From: Candidatus Peribacteria bacterium | Lineage (GTDB): Bacteria; Patescibacteriota; Gracilibacteria; Peribacterales; Peribacteraceae | Direction of reading: 5' to 3' | Length of the DNA stretch: 64,000 bases | NCBI GenBank assembly: GCA_023245775.1 | Contig: JAHFJR010000002.1 | Location: 1,902-65,901 of the forward strand | Shown here: piece after piece, positions 1-9,112 of the stretch | Position numbering within the stretch: position 1 is the stretch's first letter | Layout of the letters: each line of letters begins with the position of its first letter | Position numbers and translations under genes: made by a program | The notes under the pieces: model-generated | Seen by the model: only the letters and a program-made list of their open reading frames with translations | Databases searched by the model: none | Told to the model about the DNA's origin: nothing

Positions 1-79
1 TGGTGCCGCTGGGGGTCTGGCGGAGGGTGATGGGCTGGGTCTGGTAGCCGATGATGTCGACCTTATTGAGAGAGAACAT
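1..79 (-). CDS. ssb: single-stranded DNA-binding protein, first 26 codons only (gene runs off the left edge)
   Basis: Reverse complement of 1-79 reads ATG then MFSLNKVDIIGYQTQPITLRQTPSGT. This matches the conserved SSB OB-fold N-terminus (NKVxLIG...LRxTPSGT). It is too short to appear in the ORF track. Confidence 0.55.
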   Translation of the reverse strand, partial: MFSLNKVDIIGYQTQPITLRQTPSGT

Positions 80-306
80 CTCTGAGGGGGGAATGGAAGT
101 AGAGGAGGCCGCGGGGCCGAGTCCGGAAAGTCCGAACGTGAACGAACGTACACCTTCTCTTTTCTCCCTGCAAGAGAAACAGATTGAAGAAAATATTTTT
201 TGTTTTCCACTCCTACTTTTTTTGCGGTCTGTCGAGGCAGAGAAGATCGCTTCGCAGTACACTTTCACGTAACTCCGCGCTCAGAATTTTTTTCGCGCAG
301 CGATTC

Positions 307-3300
307 ATGATCAAGCGTCTCCTTCTCCTTCCTCTGGCCCTCGCCTCTCTCACCGTTGCCGTGACTGCGAGTGCAGACAATTTTCGTCCGAAGATGAGCC
401 GCCCCGAGAGCTATAAGGACATACTCTATGGGGTGGATGAGGTGCACAGAAACCTTGATTCGGTGCAGTGCGGCGGGTGGGTGGCGGGAGAACAGCAGGT
501 GGATGGAACGAGTGTGACGGGGGATGTGCCGCGGCCAAACAACGGAGACATCATCGATCTCCCAGGCCACCAGAACCCCGATCCTCTTGGCAATGCGAAG
601 ACCGGAGTTGGGGTCCGTGGAGAGTTCGCATTCCCCGACAGTGCGCGTGGGTACGATTCCGCATGTGATATCCATGAAGACCAGATCCAGGATCCAGACC
701 TCCAGAGACTCGGGATCGACCTGCAAATTCATGAAGACGGGAGTGTGGAAGCCGTTGCCGGCGACGGTCACATCGACATCAATCCCTTCCACTGGTGCCT
801 TCTCGATGATCGAGCCGACAAGGCGACGCCCATGTACTGCAAGAGACTCTTCGAAGCATGGAAGCAGATGTCAGAACTTGGAGATTTCTGTCGCGACATG
901 GAAGTGTGTCCCGGCCCCGTCTGCGAAGATCAAGAGATCTGTGATGATGAAGGATGTCACACCGAGAGTGTCTGCACGGACCAACCGTGTCGCACCGAGA
1001 ATATCTGTACCTCCATTCATCCTCCTATTCAGAGTACGTGTGACTGCGAAGCATTCGCTCCAGAGGAACGTGATTACTGTCCACCTCGTCCCGAGAAGAG
1101 GTACTGCTTCGATCCACAGTACACCTTCGTCTGCGAAGGGAGCAGTGCGGTGCAGGAGCCGGTGCACAGCATCCTCCAGCAGGATGAGTCCAATGATGTA
1201 ATTTCCACGACCGATCTGCCACCGCAACCACTCACGTGTCGCACGCCGTGGAAACCGAAGATCGATAACAAGATGACCGAGTGCCACTTCAATAAGATTT
1301 GCGAACCGGATATCTGTCACGATGAAACAATCTGTGGAGACGAGTGTCATACCGAGGAGAAATGTGAAGACGTGTGCCATGAGGAAGAGAAATGTGAAAA
1401 CGAGTGTCATACCGAGGAGAAATGTGAAGACGTGTGCCATGAGGAAGAAATCTGCGATGAGGATGGATGTCGTACCGAAGAAATCTGTGAACCTGAATGC
1501 CATGATGAAGAAATCTGTGAGGATGGATGTCGTACCGAAGAAATCTGTGAACCTGAATGTCATGATGAAGAAATTTGTGAGGAGGCGTGCCACGATGAGC
1601 AGTTCTGTACTCCTGGTCCCTGCTTCTACCAGGAAGTGACTGATGAAGAAGGAAGGCATGATGCGATCACTGCTTCGTACTACCGTCACTACGCGGGGGA
1701 TTTTTCGGACCTCGGTGTCTCTGTGAGGGCAGAGAGCGGGACAGGGACAGTGAAAACATGGAATCTCCGTGCCGAATGTTATGAGTATTACAAAGGTTCA
1801 GTGACGGATGAGGACACTGGTAACGGGAGCGGAGATTTCGATCCGAAGGACACGATCACGGGGGGGATGGATGACGCGCAGAATCACGAGCAGTGTGAGA
1901 TCGTCCTCGATGGTGCAGACCAAGAGCACCCCGAGAATCTCCAGTGGCCGGATGGCGATGGGCACGCACAGAAGGAGAATGTTCCAGCACACACCCAAAC
2001 GGGATCCGTGCGTGACGAACGGGTCGCACCCGATCCGTGGGTGACCGATAGCAGCACGAATCTCGCACTAACAGGGACCAAGAAAGACCGACATACGAGA
2101 TTCTATGATACGGACCTTGCGGGACTCTTTGGGTCCATCATTCCCGTCAAGCAGCGCGCGAGCGAGACGGTTGCCGATCACGCGCGAACAGATACCTTCG
2201 ACGATACCGATCACCGTGGGCTTGCGGGATACTGGGAAGCGCAGCAGAAGATCCTTCTGCAGATGGTTCGCGACCCCACTGTGCGCCTGATCATGCCTGC
2301 GCGGTTCCTCACCGGACTCGATGATAAGAACCCGCTCTACCAGTACGTACGCGGCATCGTTTCCAGATCTGATGGTATCGTGGAGCTCACGCTGCGCGGA
2401 GGTCCCGACGACCTCGGGAATGCGCTCGCCGCACTGCGCAGTAGCTACGTCTTACCGATCACCGAAGTGCCTATTCCGATTCTCCTTCCGCTCGTCTCCA
2501 TCGAGGATCTCGATCGATTGATCTTCCAGTGGCAGCAGTGGCAGGCTCAGGAAGAGAAGCAGGGCTCTGAGTTCGCTTCGCAGGCCGACCCACTCATCGA
2601 GAAGCTCCGTCACTACAAGGACATCATTCTCTCGGAGCGGAAGTTGCGTGGTGCTCTCAATAAGGAGGTGACGACACTCTTCGAGCCGATCCGCGTGTTC
2701 GATGAATTCATGGCGAAGTGGTACAAGGACAACACGGAGAAGATCAAGGAAGCTGCCGTACAGTCGAATCAGCGGAAACAGCTGAAGCGTATCTGGCGCC
2801 ATCTCCAGAACTCGATGCTGCAGGCGGACACATGCCAGTTGCAGTGGTGCTCGAATATGCGGTACTCGGTTCCGATCTACTCGCTCCTCGATGGCTGGTG
2901 GCAAGAGGAGGAGGCTGCTGCTGGGGACGCAAGGAATCTGGATTACGTTCCGCCAGACGATCTTCGCACTATCGAGTTCACGCCTCCGAAAGATCAACTG
3001 TACGATTTCTCATTCCTCGATCTTCCGAGAGGGCAGTTCAGGATCCCCGTCCTCTCTCCCACACAGGTGAAAGTGAACCTTCCTCTGCCACCCCAGTCGC
3101 GTTCTCCGGTCCAAAATCCTGAGGATTTCCCCGATCTCCCCTCCCTCCCCGATGCGTCGGTCTTCGATGGCTTCCCCGTGCCTGAGGTGCACCTTCCAGA
3201 GGAGAGAGTGCTCGAGGTAGAGGTAGAGGCGTCAGATCTCGGGCCCGTCAAGGAGGTGCTTCGTGCGTTCCGCCAAATCATCGACGGCACATCGATCGAT

Positions 3301-3864
3301 GATCAGATTGCGCAGGAGGAGAGCGAAGACAGCAACGGAGGGATCCTCGAAGACGAAGGTCCGTACGAACCTCCGTACGATCGCACCAGCATGCGCGGTG
3401 CGTACTGCCGCTTCGTACGCAGCATCTTGATTTCGCCCGATGCCAACGAAGAGAACCCCGGTGATGATCAGCATGGGGACCCCGAGAAGATCGTGCACGT
3501 CGAAGGGGACCTCAAGGAGCGTGTCGCACGCCTCTTCTCTCGGTGGATGCCGATCCTCCCAGAGGACCGGGCTGGCAGAACGGCCCGTCTGAACGAAGAA
3601 TTTCCAGATCCAGATGTCCCGCCCACCTGCAAGGAGGATGTGATCTGCGCCTTCCTCCTCGGCGAACGAACCACGATGGTACCGTGGAAACTCTTCTTCC
3701 CTGATCAGACCACGGACTTCACCGCCCTCCGCGAGAACATGAAGTCACAGACACTTCCTCAGACGGACGATGAGAATCCGTATCTCCATGCCCCCGTGTC
3801 TCTGCTCAAGCGCCTCTTCCCATCTATCGATCTCCCGATCACGATCGATCTCACGGTCCAATGA
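307..3864 (+). CDS. orphan exported protein, 1185 aa, with an acidic Cys/His-rich repeat region
   Basis: Long ORF. The internal ATG at 307 gives a signal peptide MIKRLLLLPLALASLTVAVTASA. There are dozens of Cys in an acidic context and no family I recognise. First gene of an overlapping operon. Confidence 0.8.
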   Translation: MIKRLLLLPLALASLTVAVTASADNFRPKMSRPESYKDILYGVDEVHRNLDSVQCGGWVAGEQQVDGTSVTGDVPRPNNGDIIDLPGHQNPDPLGNAKTGVGVRGEFAFPDSARGYDSACDIHEDQIQDPDLQRLGIDLQIHEDGSVEAVAGDGHIDINPFHWCLLDDRADKATPMYCKRLFEAWKQMSELGDFCRDMEVCPGPVCEDQEICDDEGCHTESVCTDQPCRTENICTSIHPPIQSTCDCEAFAPEERDYCPPRPEKRYCFDPQYTFVCEGSSAVQEPVHSILQQDESNDVISTTDLPPQPLTCRTPWKPKIDNKMTECHFNKICEPDICHDETICGDECHTEEKCEDVCHEEEKCENECHTEEKCEDVCHEEEICDEDGCRTEEICEPECHDEEICEDGCRTEEICEPECHDEEICEEACHDEQFCTPGPCFYQEVTDEEGRHDAITASYYRHYAGDFSDLGVSVRAESGTGTVKTWNLRAECYEYYKGSVTDEDTGNGSGDFDPKDTITGGMDDAQNHEQCEIVLDGADQEHPENLQWPDGDGHAQKENVPAHTQTGSVRDERVAPDPWVTDSSTNLALTGTKKDRHTRFYDTDLAGLFGSIIPVKQRASETVADHARTDTFDDTDHRGLAGYWEAQQKILLQMVRDPTVRLIMPARFLTGLDDKNPLYQYVRGIVSRSDGIVELTLRGGPDDLGNALAALRSSYVLPITEVPIPILLPLVSIEDLDRLIFQWQQWQAQEEKQGSEFASQADPLIEKLRHYKDIILSERKLRGALNKEVTTLFEPIRVFDEFMAKWYKDNTEKIKEAAVQSNQRKQLKRIWRHLQNSMLQADTCQLQWCSNMRYSVPIYSLLDGWWQEEEAAAGDARNLDYVPPDDLRTIEFTPPKDQLYDFSFLDLPRGQFRIPVLSPTQVKVNLPLPPQSRSPVQNPEDFPDLPSLPDASVFDGFPVPEVHLPEERVLEVEVEASDLGPVKEVLRAFRQIIDGTSIDDQIAQEESEDSNGGILEDEGPYEPPYDRTSMRGAYCRFVRSILISPDANEENPGDDQHGDPEKIVHVEGDLKERVARLFSRWMPILPEDRAGRTARLNEEFPDPDVPPTCKEDVICAFLLGERTTMVPWKLFFPDQTTDFTALRENMKSQTLPQTDDENPYLHAPVSLLKRLFPSIDLPITIDLTVQ
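1315..1607 (+). repeat. in-frame tandem array, 30-nt / 10-aa period (C-H/R-x-E-E-x-C-E-x-x), about 9-10 units
   Basis: 1341-1380 is identical to 1401-1440 (40/40). 1461-1499 is identical to 1521-1559 (39/39). Translation: CHTEEKCEDVCHEEEKCENECHTEEKCEDVCHEEEICDEDGCRTEEICEPECHDEEICEDGCRTEEICEPECHDEEICEEACHDEQFC. Confidence 0.9.
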
Positions 3865-4604
3865 AACTCTCTCGTCTCTCCATCGGCCTCCTCGCGAGCC
3901 TAGGCATCGTGATTACCTTCTTCACATCGAATGCGCGAGTCTCTAGCCAGACTTCGGCCTCGCCAGAACTCTGTCGAGCTCGGTTCATCGAGGAATTGGG
4001 AAAAGTACACGATACGTATCGTGCACACGTCTTCGGCGCGAGAGAAGGTGGAGACGACGGACTGGGTGTGTTGCTCTCCGGAGGTTCTGTATCAGGGGAT
4101 GCCATCGGCAAGGGCATCTTCGAGACGAAGGGTCGACTGAGCTCGGAACTCATCGAACCGATCGTCGAGAGCTATCGCGTCCTTCGTTGCCGGAGTATCG
4201 CGATCTGTAATGCGATGAAAGCGTCGAACAAGCAGGACGGTGAGACTCCGTTGACCATCGATACGCTCGGGTGTGCAGCGGAGACGATCGACAGATACGC
4301 AGAGTGCAGGAAGACGAAGGAGGACCTCACGATGGACATTCCACATCTCGTGCTCGAGTGTGGGCGCACCGTCGCTCGTTCGCTTGCAGCTGAGCGTGCG
4401 ACTCTTCGTCTCGCACTCTCCTACGACAGTGGGTACCGCGCTTCACTGCAGCTTGGGGGCATGATCGATTGGATGCAGGAGGATGCGCCAACAGCGGTGC
4501 TCGCTCCCCTGCAATCGATGGTCAACATGCTCGGGAAACTCCATGAGATCCCCTGTTTCATTGGTCAGTGTGATGACCCACGTCCTTCCACAATATCAGA
4601 ATGA
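3861..4604 (+). CDS. orphan exported/membrane-anchored protein, 247 aa
   Basis: The ATG overlaps the upstream stop (ATGA at 3861-3864). N-terminal hydrophobic segment LSIGLLASLGIVITFF. Confidence 0.7.
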   Translation: MKLSRLSIGLLASLGIVITFFTSNARVSSQTSASPELCRARFIEELGKVHDTYRAHVFGAREGGDDGLGVLLSGGSVSGDAIGKGIFETKGRLSSELIEPIVESYRVLRCRSIAICNAMKASNKQDGETPLTIDTLGCAAETIDRYAECRKTKEDLTMDIPHLVLECGRTVARSLAAERATLRLALSYDSGYRASLQLGGMIDWMQEDAPTAVLAPLQSMVNMLGKLHEIPCFIGQCDDPRPSTISE

Positions 4605-5470
4605 CACCGAAGCATCTTCCCACGGGCGCTACACGGCATCTCTGGTCCGTGTGGCAGCGGCATCAAGGACTGATCGTCGTGCTCACAGGTCTCAGTATTC
4701 TTGCTGGGTCTTCGCACTATTTTCTCTCAGCAGCTCTCCTTGATGGCTCTCCTGACGCAGGCTCGGGTTCGATGAGTAGCAGCGAAGAACTGCGCATCTG
4801 TGCATCACAAGGCACGATGTTCGATGGGATCACGAACCTCTCGACGGTTCTGGAGACGTTTCGACAGCGTGTGAGTGCGATCGTAGAGGAGCGTGAGGGG
4901 TACCTGCGTAACAGTGCACGGTGGACCTGCCTCCCTCTTGATGGACAGCAGGGAGCCAATGACGCACCGGCGCCGGCGATCCTCCGTGCGCTCGCTGATG
5001 AACTCCCCGGCTGGAGTGTGCGGACTCCCGATGGCAGTACGATGCCTCGCCCCGTCACGTTCGCGTCCTTCGCATCGATCCTGAGTGAATTCGAACGTGA
5101 GTACGAATGCAAATTATCCGAATTCAAAGAGGATGCCTTCCTCATTGTCTATGCCGATCAAGACCAAGCGACTCCCACGGGGATCAAGGCGATTCAGGCC
5201 GACTTCATCGCTCGAGCACCGGCGTTTCGGAGCTTGCAGGACATCGAACGACAACGTGCACGCATCGCCGTCGAACGGACGATCCAGGACGTGCGTTCCT
5301 ACGAGCTCAGTTACACCTATGCCAAGCAGCTCGTGTGTTTCCAGCGTGCGTCGCTCGACCTCAAGAATGAACTGAGTCTTCTGGCCGATACCGTCAGTTG
5401 CATGCCGAAGGTGTGGGATGCGCTCACGTCGCTCCATGACCCTCTCTCCTCCTCCAGCTCGTCCGAATGA
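4601..5470 (+). CDS. orphan membrane-anchored protein, 289 aa
   Basis: ATGA overlap at 4601-4604. One N-terminal TM segment (LIVVLTGLSILAGSSHYFLSAALL). Ser-rich C-terminus. Confidence 0.7.
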   Translation: MTPKHLPTGATRHLWSVWQRHQGLIVVLTGLSILAGSSHYFLSAALLDGSPDAGSGSMSSSEELRICASQGTMFDGITNLSTVLETFRQRVSAIVEEREGYLRNSARWTCLPLDGQQGANDAPAPAILRALADELPGWSVRTPDGSTMPRPVTFASFASILSEFEREYECKLSEFKEDAFLIVYADQDQATPTGIKAIQADFIARAPAFRSLQDIERQRARIAVERTIQDVRSYELSYTYAKQLVCFQRASLDLKNELSLLADTVSCMPKVWDALTSLHDPLSSSSSSE

Positions 5471-7305
5471 GACGACTCTCCCTCCGTACATCGGGCATGC
5501 TCCTCCTGCTCTCACCGCAGGTTGTCTTCGCTGCATCGACGTTCGATCTCTTCTGGGATGAGTCGAAATTCTCTCGTCCATCGGTGATACCCACACACCA
5601 GGTGATGCAGTTTGTGATCAATGAGATGCGACACTGGGAAGGCAGAGGGATCGTCATCGGTGAGGATGATATCAAAGCGGCGATGCAGATGGACCTTGGT
5701 ACGCTCTGCTTGAACAAAGTCGATGTGTCCGATCAGCCGCTGACGCATCTGCAGGAGATGGGGACTGAGGACACGGGATGCCTTGCCCTGCGCAAGGCGA
5801 TCCTCTCACTCCTCTTTAGTGAAAAAGAGGCCATGGAACTTGGAAATGATCTCCTGTCTGCTGCGAACGGTTCCGAACTCTCGATTGCCGACGAACCTCA
5901 CCGACTCCTGCGAGTCGGAGCACTCAGTCTGATCCTGAAGGAGATCTGGTCCGGCAAGGCTCTCGGGCTGATCCCGTGGGATACAGGCCCCGATCTCCAG
6001 AGGAAGGTGGATGATCTCGATGACAGCCTTCTCGCACTCACGAGCGAGGAACTTGACGCCGTGATTCTCCGTTTCCATTACGGCTACTTCCGTGATCAGA
6101 GAGAGCAGGATCCACGCTTTTCAATGGTCGGACTTCCCGTAGTCGATGCGCTGCAGCATCTCGCTGATGAGCTCGGTATCACTGGGGATCCGAAGGCGAT
6201 CGGCGAATTTACAACTCCGGGCCCTGGTGCTGGAATGAGGACTCCGAATGTCGCTCTCTGGGCGCGCAAGGATGACATCGGATTGGGATGGATCCACCCA
6301 CCACATTTCTCGCGTCTTCAGATCAGAGAGGCGGATCAGTATCCGGTGCTTGCCGACGAACCGGGAGCCACGACGCTCGCGTACCCATTCAACTACGGTG
6401 GATCGACCCCTTCGTCTCCTCCCGTGAAGTCACCGCTCTGTAGTCGTACCGTTGCACGATATGGGTATCTCTGCCGACGTGTTCCAGTGTCTCATTCAGA
6501 GTGCCAGAATGATGAAGAAGGCAAAATTTCCCTCGTCGAATGCACCGATGAAGAGGAGGTGACCGAGACGAAGCAAGGCCCCAGCATCTGTCTGGGGCTC
6601 GACAACCTGTACATCGATGACGGCACTCCTCTCGTCGAAGACGAGAATCCTGGGCAACTCCATCCAGACTTGACGCCTGCCGACACTGCACATCTCTGTT
6701 CGCCAGAGACGAAGATTCTGTATCAGGACGACATCAGCGCGCATGCGTGTTACATCGGGCTCTGTCTCCTCCAGTCGATGAGCGGCCACACGTTGATCCC
6801 GAATCGCAATCCTGTCCTCACGAATGAGACGACGTCTCCGTACGCCTCGTGTGTTCGTGCCGATCCACAGTTGGGTCTGTACAGTGAGGCTGCGCACGAT
6901 TCCCCCTATCCTCTCCCCGACTACATCGGGCATCAGCTCGTGCAGGAGTTCGATCGCGAGTACTGCCAGAAGACGGGAGACGCTCCGCGTCCGGTGCTCG
7001 GAGACTGTGCCTTCTTCAGTAACCAAGTCACCGCTCAGCCGAGCTACTTGCAGCACACGGTCACGAATACCCTGGTGAACGAGGCCGCATCTGTAGCGAG
7101 GAATCAGGAGAATTTCCTCTCACTCGCCACCGCCATCGGGCAGCGTGTCTCCATCGATCAGACGGTCGTTCTCGAGAGAAAACTCTTCGCGGGTCTTGCG
7201 GCGTTCATGCAGCAGATGGCCGACCTCCTCTCGGAACTGAAGCGTGCACCGATCACAACGACCGCCTGTCCGTGGACGGGCCCTTTCCAAGTGTTCGGAT
7301 CCTAA
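5467..7305 (+). CDS. orphan exported protein, 612 aa
   Basis: ATGA overlap at 5467-5470. Signal-peptide-like N-terminus MRRLSLRTSGMLLLLSPQVVFAAS. Contains an acidic Cys-containing segment. Confidence 0.7.
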   Translation: MRRLSLRTSGMLLLLSPQVVFAASTFDLFWDESKFSRPSVIPTHQVMQFVINEMRHWEGRGIVIGEDDIKAAMQMDLGTLCLNKVDVSDQPLTHLQEMGTEDTGCLALRKAILSLLFSEKEAMELGNDLLSAANGSELSIADEPHRLLRVGALSLILKEIWSGKALGLIPWDTGPDLQRKVDDLDDSLLALTSEELDAVILRFHYGYFRDQREQDPRFSMVGLPVVDALQHLADELGITGDPKAIGEFTTPGPGAGMRTPNVALWARKDDIGLGWIHPPHFSRLQIREADQYPVLADEPGATTLAYPFNYGGSTPSSPPVKSPLCSRTVARYGYLCRRVPVSHSECQNDEEGKISLVECTDEEEVTETKQGPSICLGLDNLYIDDGTPLVEDENPGQLHPDLTPADTAHLCSPETKILYQDDISAHACYIGLCLLQSMSGHTLIPNRNPVLTNETTSPYASCVRADPQLGLYSEAAHDSPYPLPDYIGHQLVQEFDREYCQKTGDAPRPVLGDCAFFSNQVTAQPSYLQHTVTNTLVNEAASVARNQENFLSLATAIGQRVSIDQTVVLERKLFAGLAAFMQQMADLLSELKRAPITTTACPWTGPFQVFGS

Positions 7306-7307
7306 CC

Positions 7308-9098
7308 ATGCGTCGTTTCCTCCCTCTCCTCATTGGCTGTTCACTCTTTCTGCCTCAGACAGTGTCTGCGGAGGCTCTCTCTGCGTGGGTCCAGCGTGTG
7401 CTCGACCGCACAGATCAGGCGCTCTCACTCGCAGAGGGGCTCCCTGGCTCCGACCCTGTCCCTACGGTGATCGATCAGATCAAGAACAATCTCTCGGTGG
7501 TGCGAGATGCGAAGAGCGCCGTGTGGGATTTCGCATTGGAAGGGGAGTTCCTGAAGGAACGGACGATCTGTTTTCAGAGTGATCGGTTCCTCTTCCTCGA
7601 TAAGATTCATACAGTCGAGGATGCGCTGACAACTGCTATCCAAGCAGACAAGACAGCATCTGCCTCCAGACTCCTGGATATCTATACCTTCCTCCTCGAG
7701 GCGTACCGTTCCTTCCTGCGTGGGTCCATCGATCCTTCCTTTGCAGATTCTCGCTTACGGTTCACCTACAGTTTCGAGCTTCCACTCGGAGACGCCAGCG
7801 CTCCCGATCGAGAAGAAGAGACGGATTCCGATGAACCACTGTGTCCATACACGACGGATTACGGTCCACATTCCATCGCCTACATCCCGCTTGCGAACGG
7901 CGAAGGGTCCGTCGAGGGCAGCTCGCTGTTCGATGTGAAGAGTTACGGTTGTGACAGGGACAAGGTCCAGCAGATCCTCGATCACCTGCCTGACCCCATT
8001 CCTTCCGATGCGTCGGAGGAGACGAGAGCACAGATCGATGCGATCCATGCAGAGGCGTCAGATCTGATCGACTTTCTGGACACATCGAATGCACTCGCGT
8101 CGGATCTGTACACACTCGTACGTGATGCCCTCTTCAATATCGAGAGTACGATTGCCATCATCACCGGCAAACCCGCGCCGACGGCATCGGAGGATCCTGT
8201 TGCTGCCCCATCGCACGATGCGAGGGAAGGATGCCTCCGTCCACCTGCCCCTGATTCCAGTCGCGGAGACTCTGGGGATATCGAGAGTATTCTCGCCTCA
8301 TTCCCCGACTACTTTGATGCGAAGAATCTGCACATGGATCCGCTCACGCTCTCCCTCACCTTCGATCCCCCTTCAGACCTGACACTTCCGATCGGTGTGC
8401 TCTTTCGTTCCACGGACGATTTCTTTTCAGTGATGCCGAGTGCGCAGGGCTTGAGTCGTTCATTTTCGGAGCGAAAAGGGACGACAGGGTTCGACCGACC
8501 CTTCGAGCGTGCCCTCACGGATCATCCCCAAAATGACCTGATGATCAGTTGGATCTGGCGGTGGATCCAGCGAGGCGTACTCGGTTCTGTCTCGGCGGGT
8601 ATCGATCGCGAGACGAGTTTCATCGAGTCGATCAGTCGCGATGCCTACGAGCGTACGCTGGAAGCAGTGCGGCCGCTTGAGAATGCAGCACAGGCACTGA
8701 GTGATGTGACCACAGAGGAGTTGCCGAAGAAGTACATTCCATCGCTCGTGTACTTCCTTCGACGGTCATGCATCGATGGCCACTGTCGTGAGACGCTCGA
8801 CGCTGTAGGAAAACGCATCTTCAATCCCTACTGCCATCCGTACGTGTCGGGTCTGTATGCCAATAACCGCGTTGCGGAGAAGTGCTTCTGTCAGCCGAAG
8901 GATGATGACCATCAAGATGGCCTCGACCTTGCAGGATGTGATGTCAACGAGGACGATCCGAATTCTGGGAATGAGGATTGCCAATTCTTCAAGAAGTTTT
9001 GCTCGGAACACTTCAACGCCGACGATTATAGGAGTCTTGATGAGCAAGAGGGCGCACCGATTCTGTGCGGAGAGACGTCGTCTGCCTCTTCCGAATAG
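7308..9098 (+). CDS. orphan exported protein, 596 aa
   Basis: The ATG at 7308 lies 2 nt after the upstream TAA. Signal peptide MRRFLPLLIGCSLFLPQTVSAEA. Acidic Cys-rich C-terminus. Confidence 0.7.
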   Translation: MRRFLPLLIGCSLFLPQTVSAEALSAWVQRVLDRTDQALSLAEGLPGSDPVPTVIDQIKNNLSVVRDAKSAVWDFALEGEFLKERTICFQSDRFLFLDKIHTVEDALTTAIQADKTASASRLLDIYTFLLEAYRSFLRGSIDPSFADSRLRFTYSFELPLGDASAPDREEETDSDEPLCPYTTDYGPHSIAYIPLANGEGSVEGSSLFDVKSYGCDRDKVQQILDHLPDPIPSDASEETRAQIDAIHAEASDLIDFLDTSNALASDLYTLVRDALFNIESTIAIITGKPAPTASEDPVAAPSHDAREGCLRPPAPDSSRGDSGDIESILASFPDYFDAKNLHMDPLTLSLTFDPPSDLTLPIGVLFRSTDDFFSVMPSAQGLSRSFSERKGTTGFDRPFERALTDHPQNDLMISWIWRWIQRGVLGSVSAGIDRETSFIESISRDAYERTLEAVRPLENAAQALSDVTTEELPKKYIPSLVYFLRRSCIDGHCRETLDAVGKRIFNPYCHPYVSGLYANNRVAEKCFCQPKDDDHQDGLDLAGCDVNEDDPNSGNEDCQFFKKFCSEHFNADDYRSLDEQEGAPILCGETSSASSE

Positions 9099-9112
9099 GA
9101 TAAGCTGTTGCT

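Noticed and set aside
871-1689. 272-aa minus-strand ORF and a 225-aa alternative-frame ORF inside the first operon gene
   Set aside because: They overlap the 1185-aa ORF, which has a signal peptide and a repeat structure. The repeat region simply stays open in several frames.
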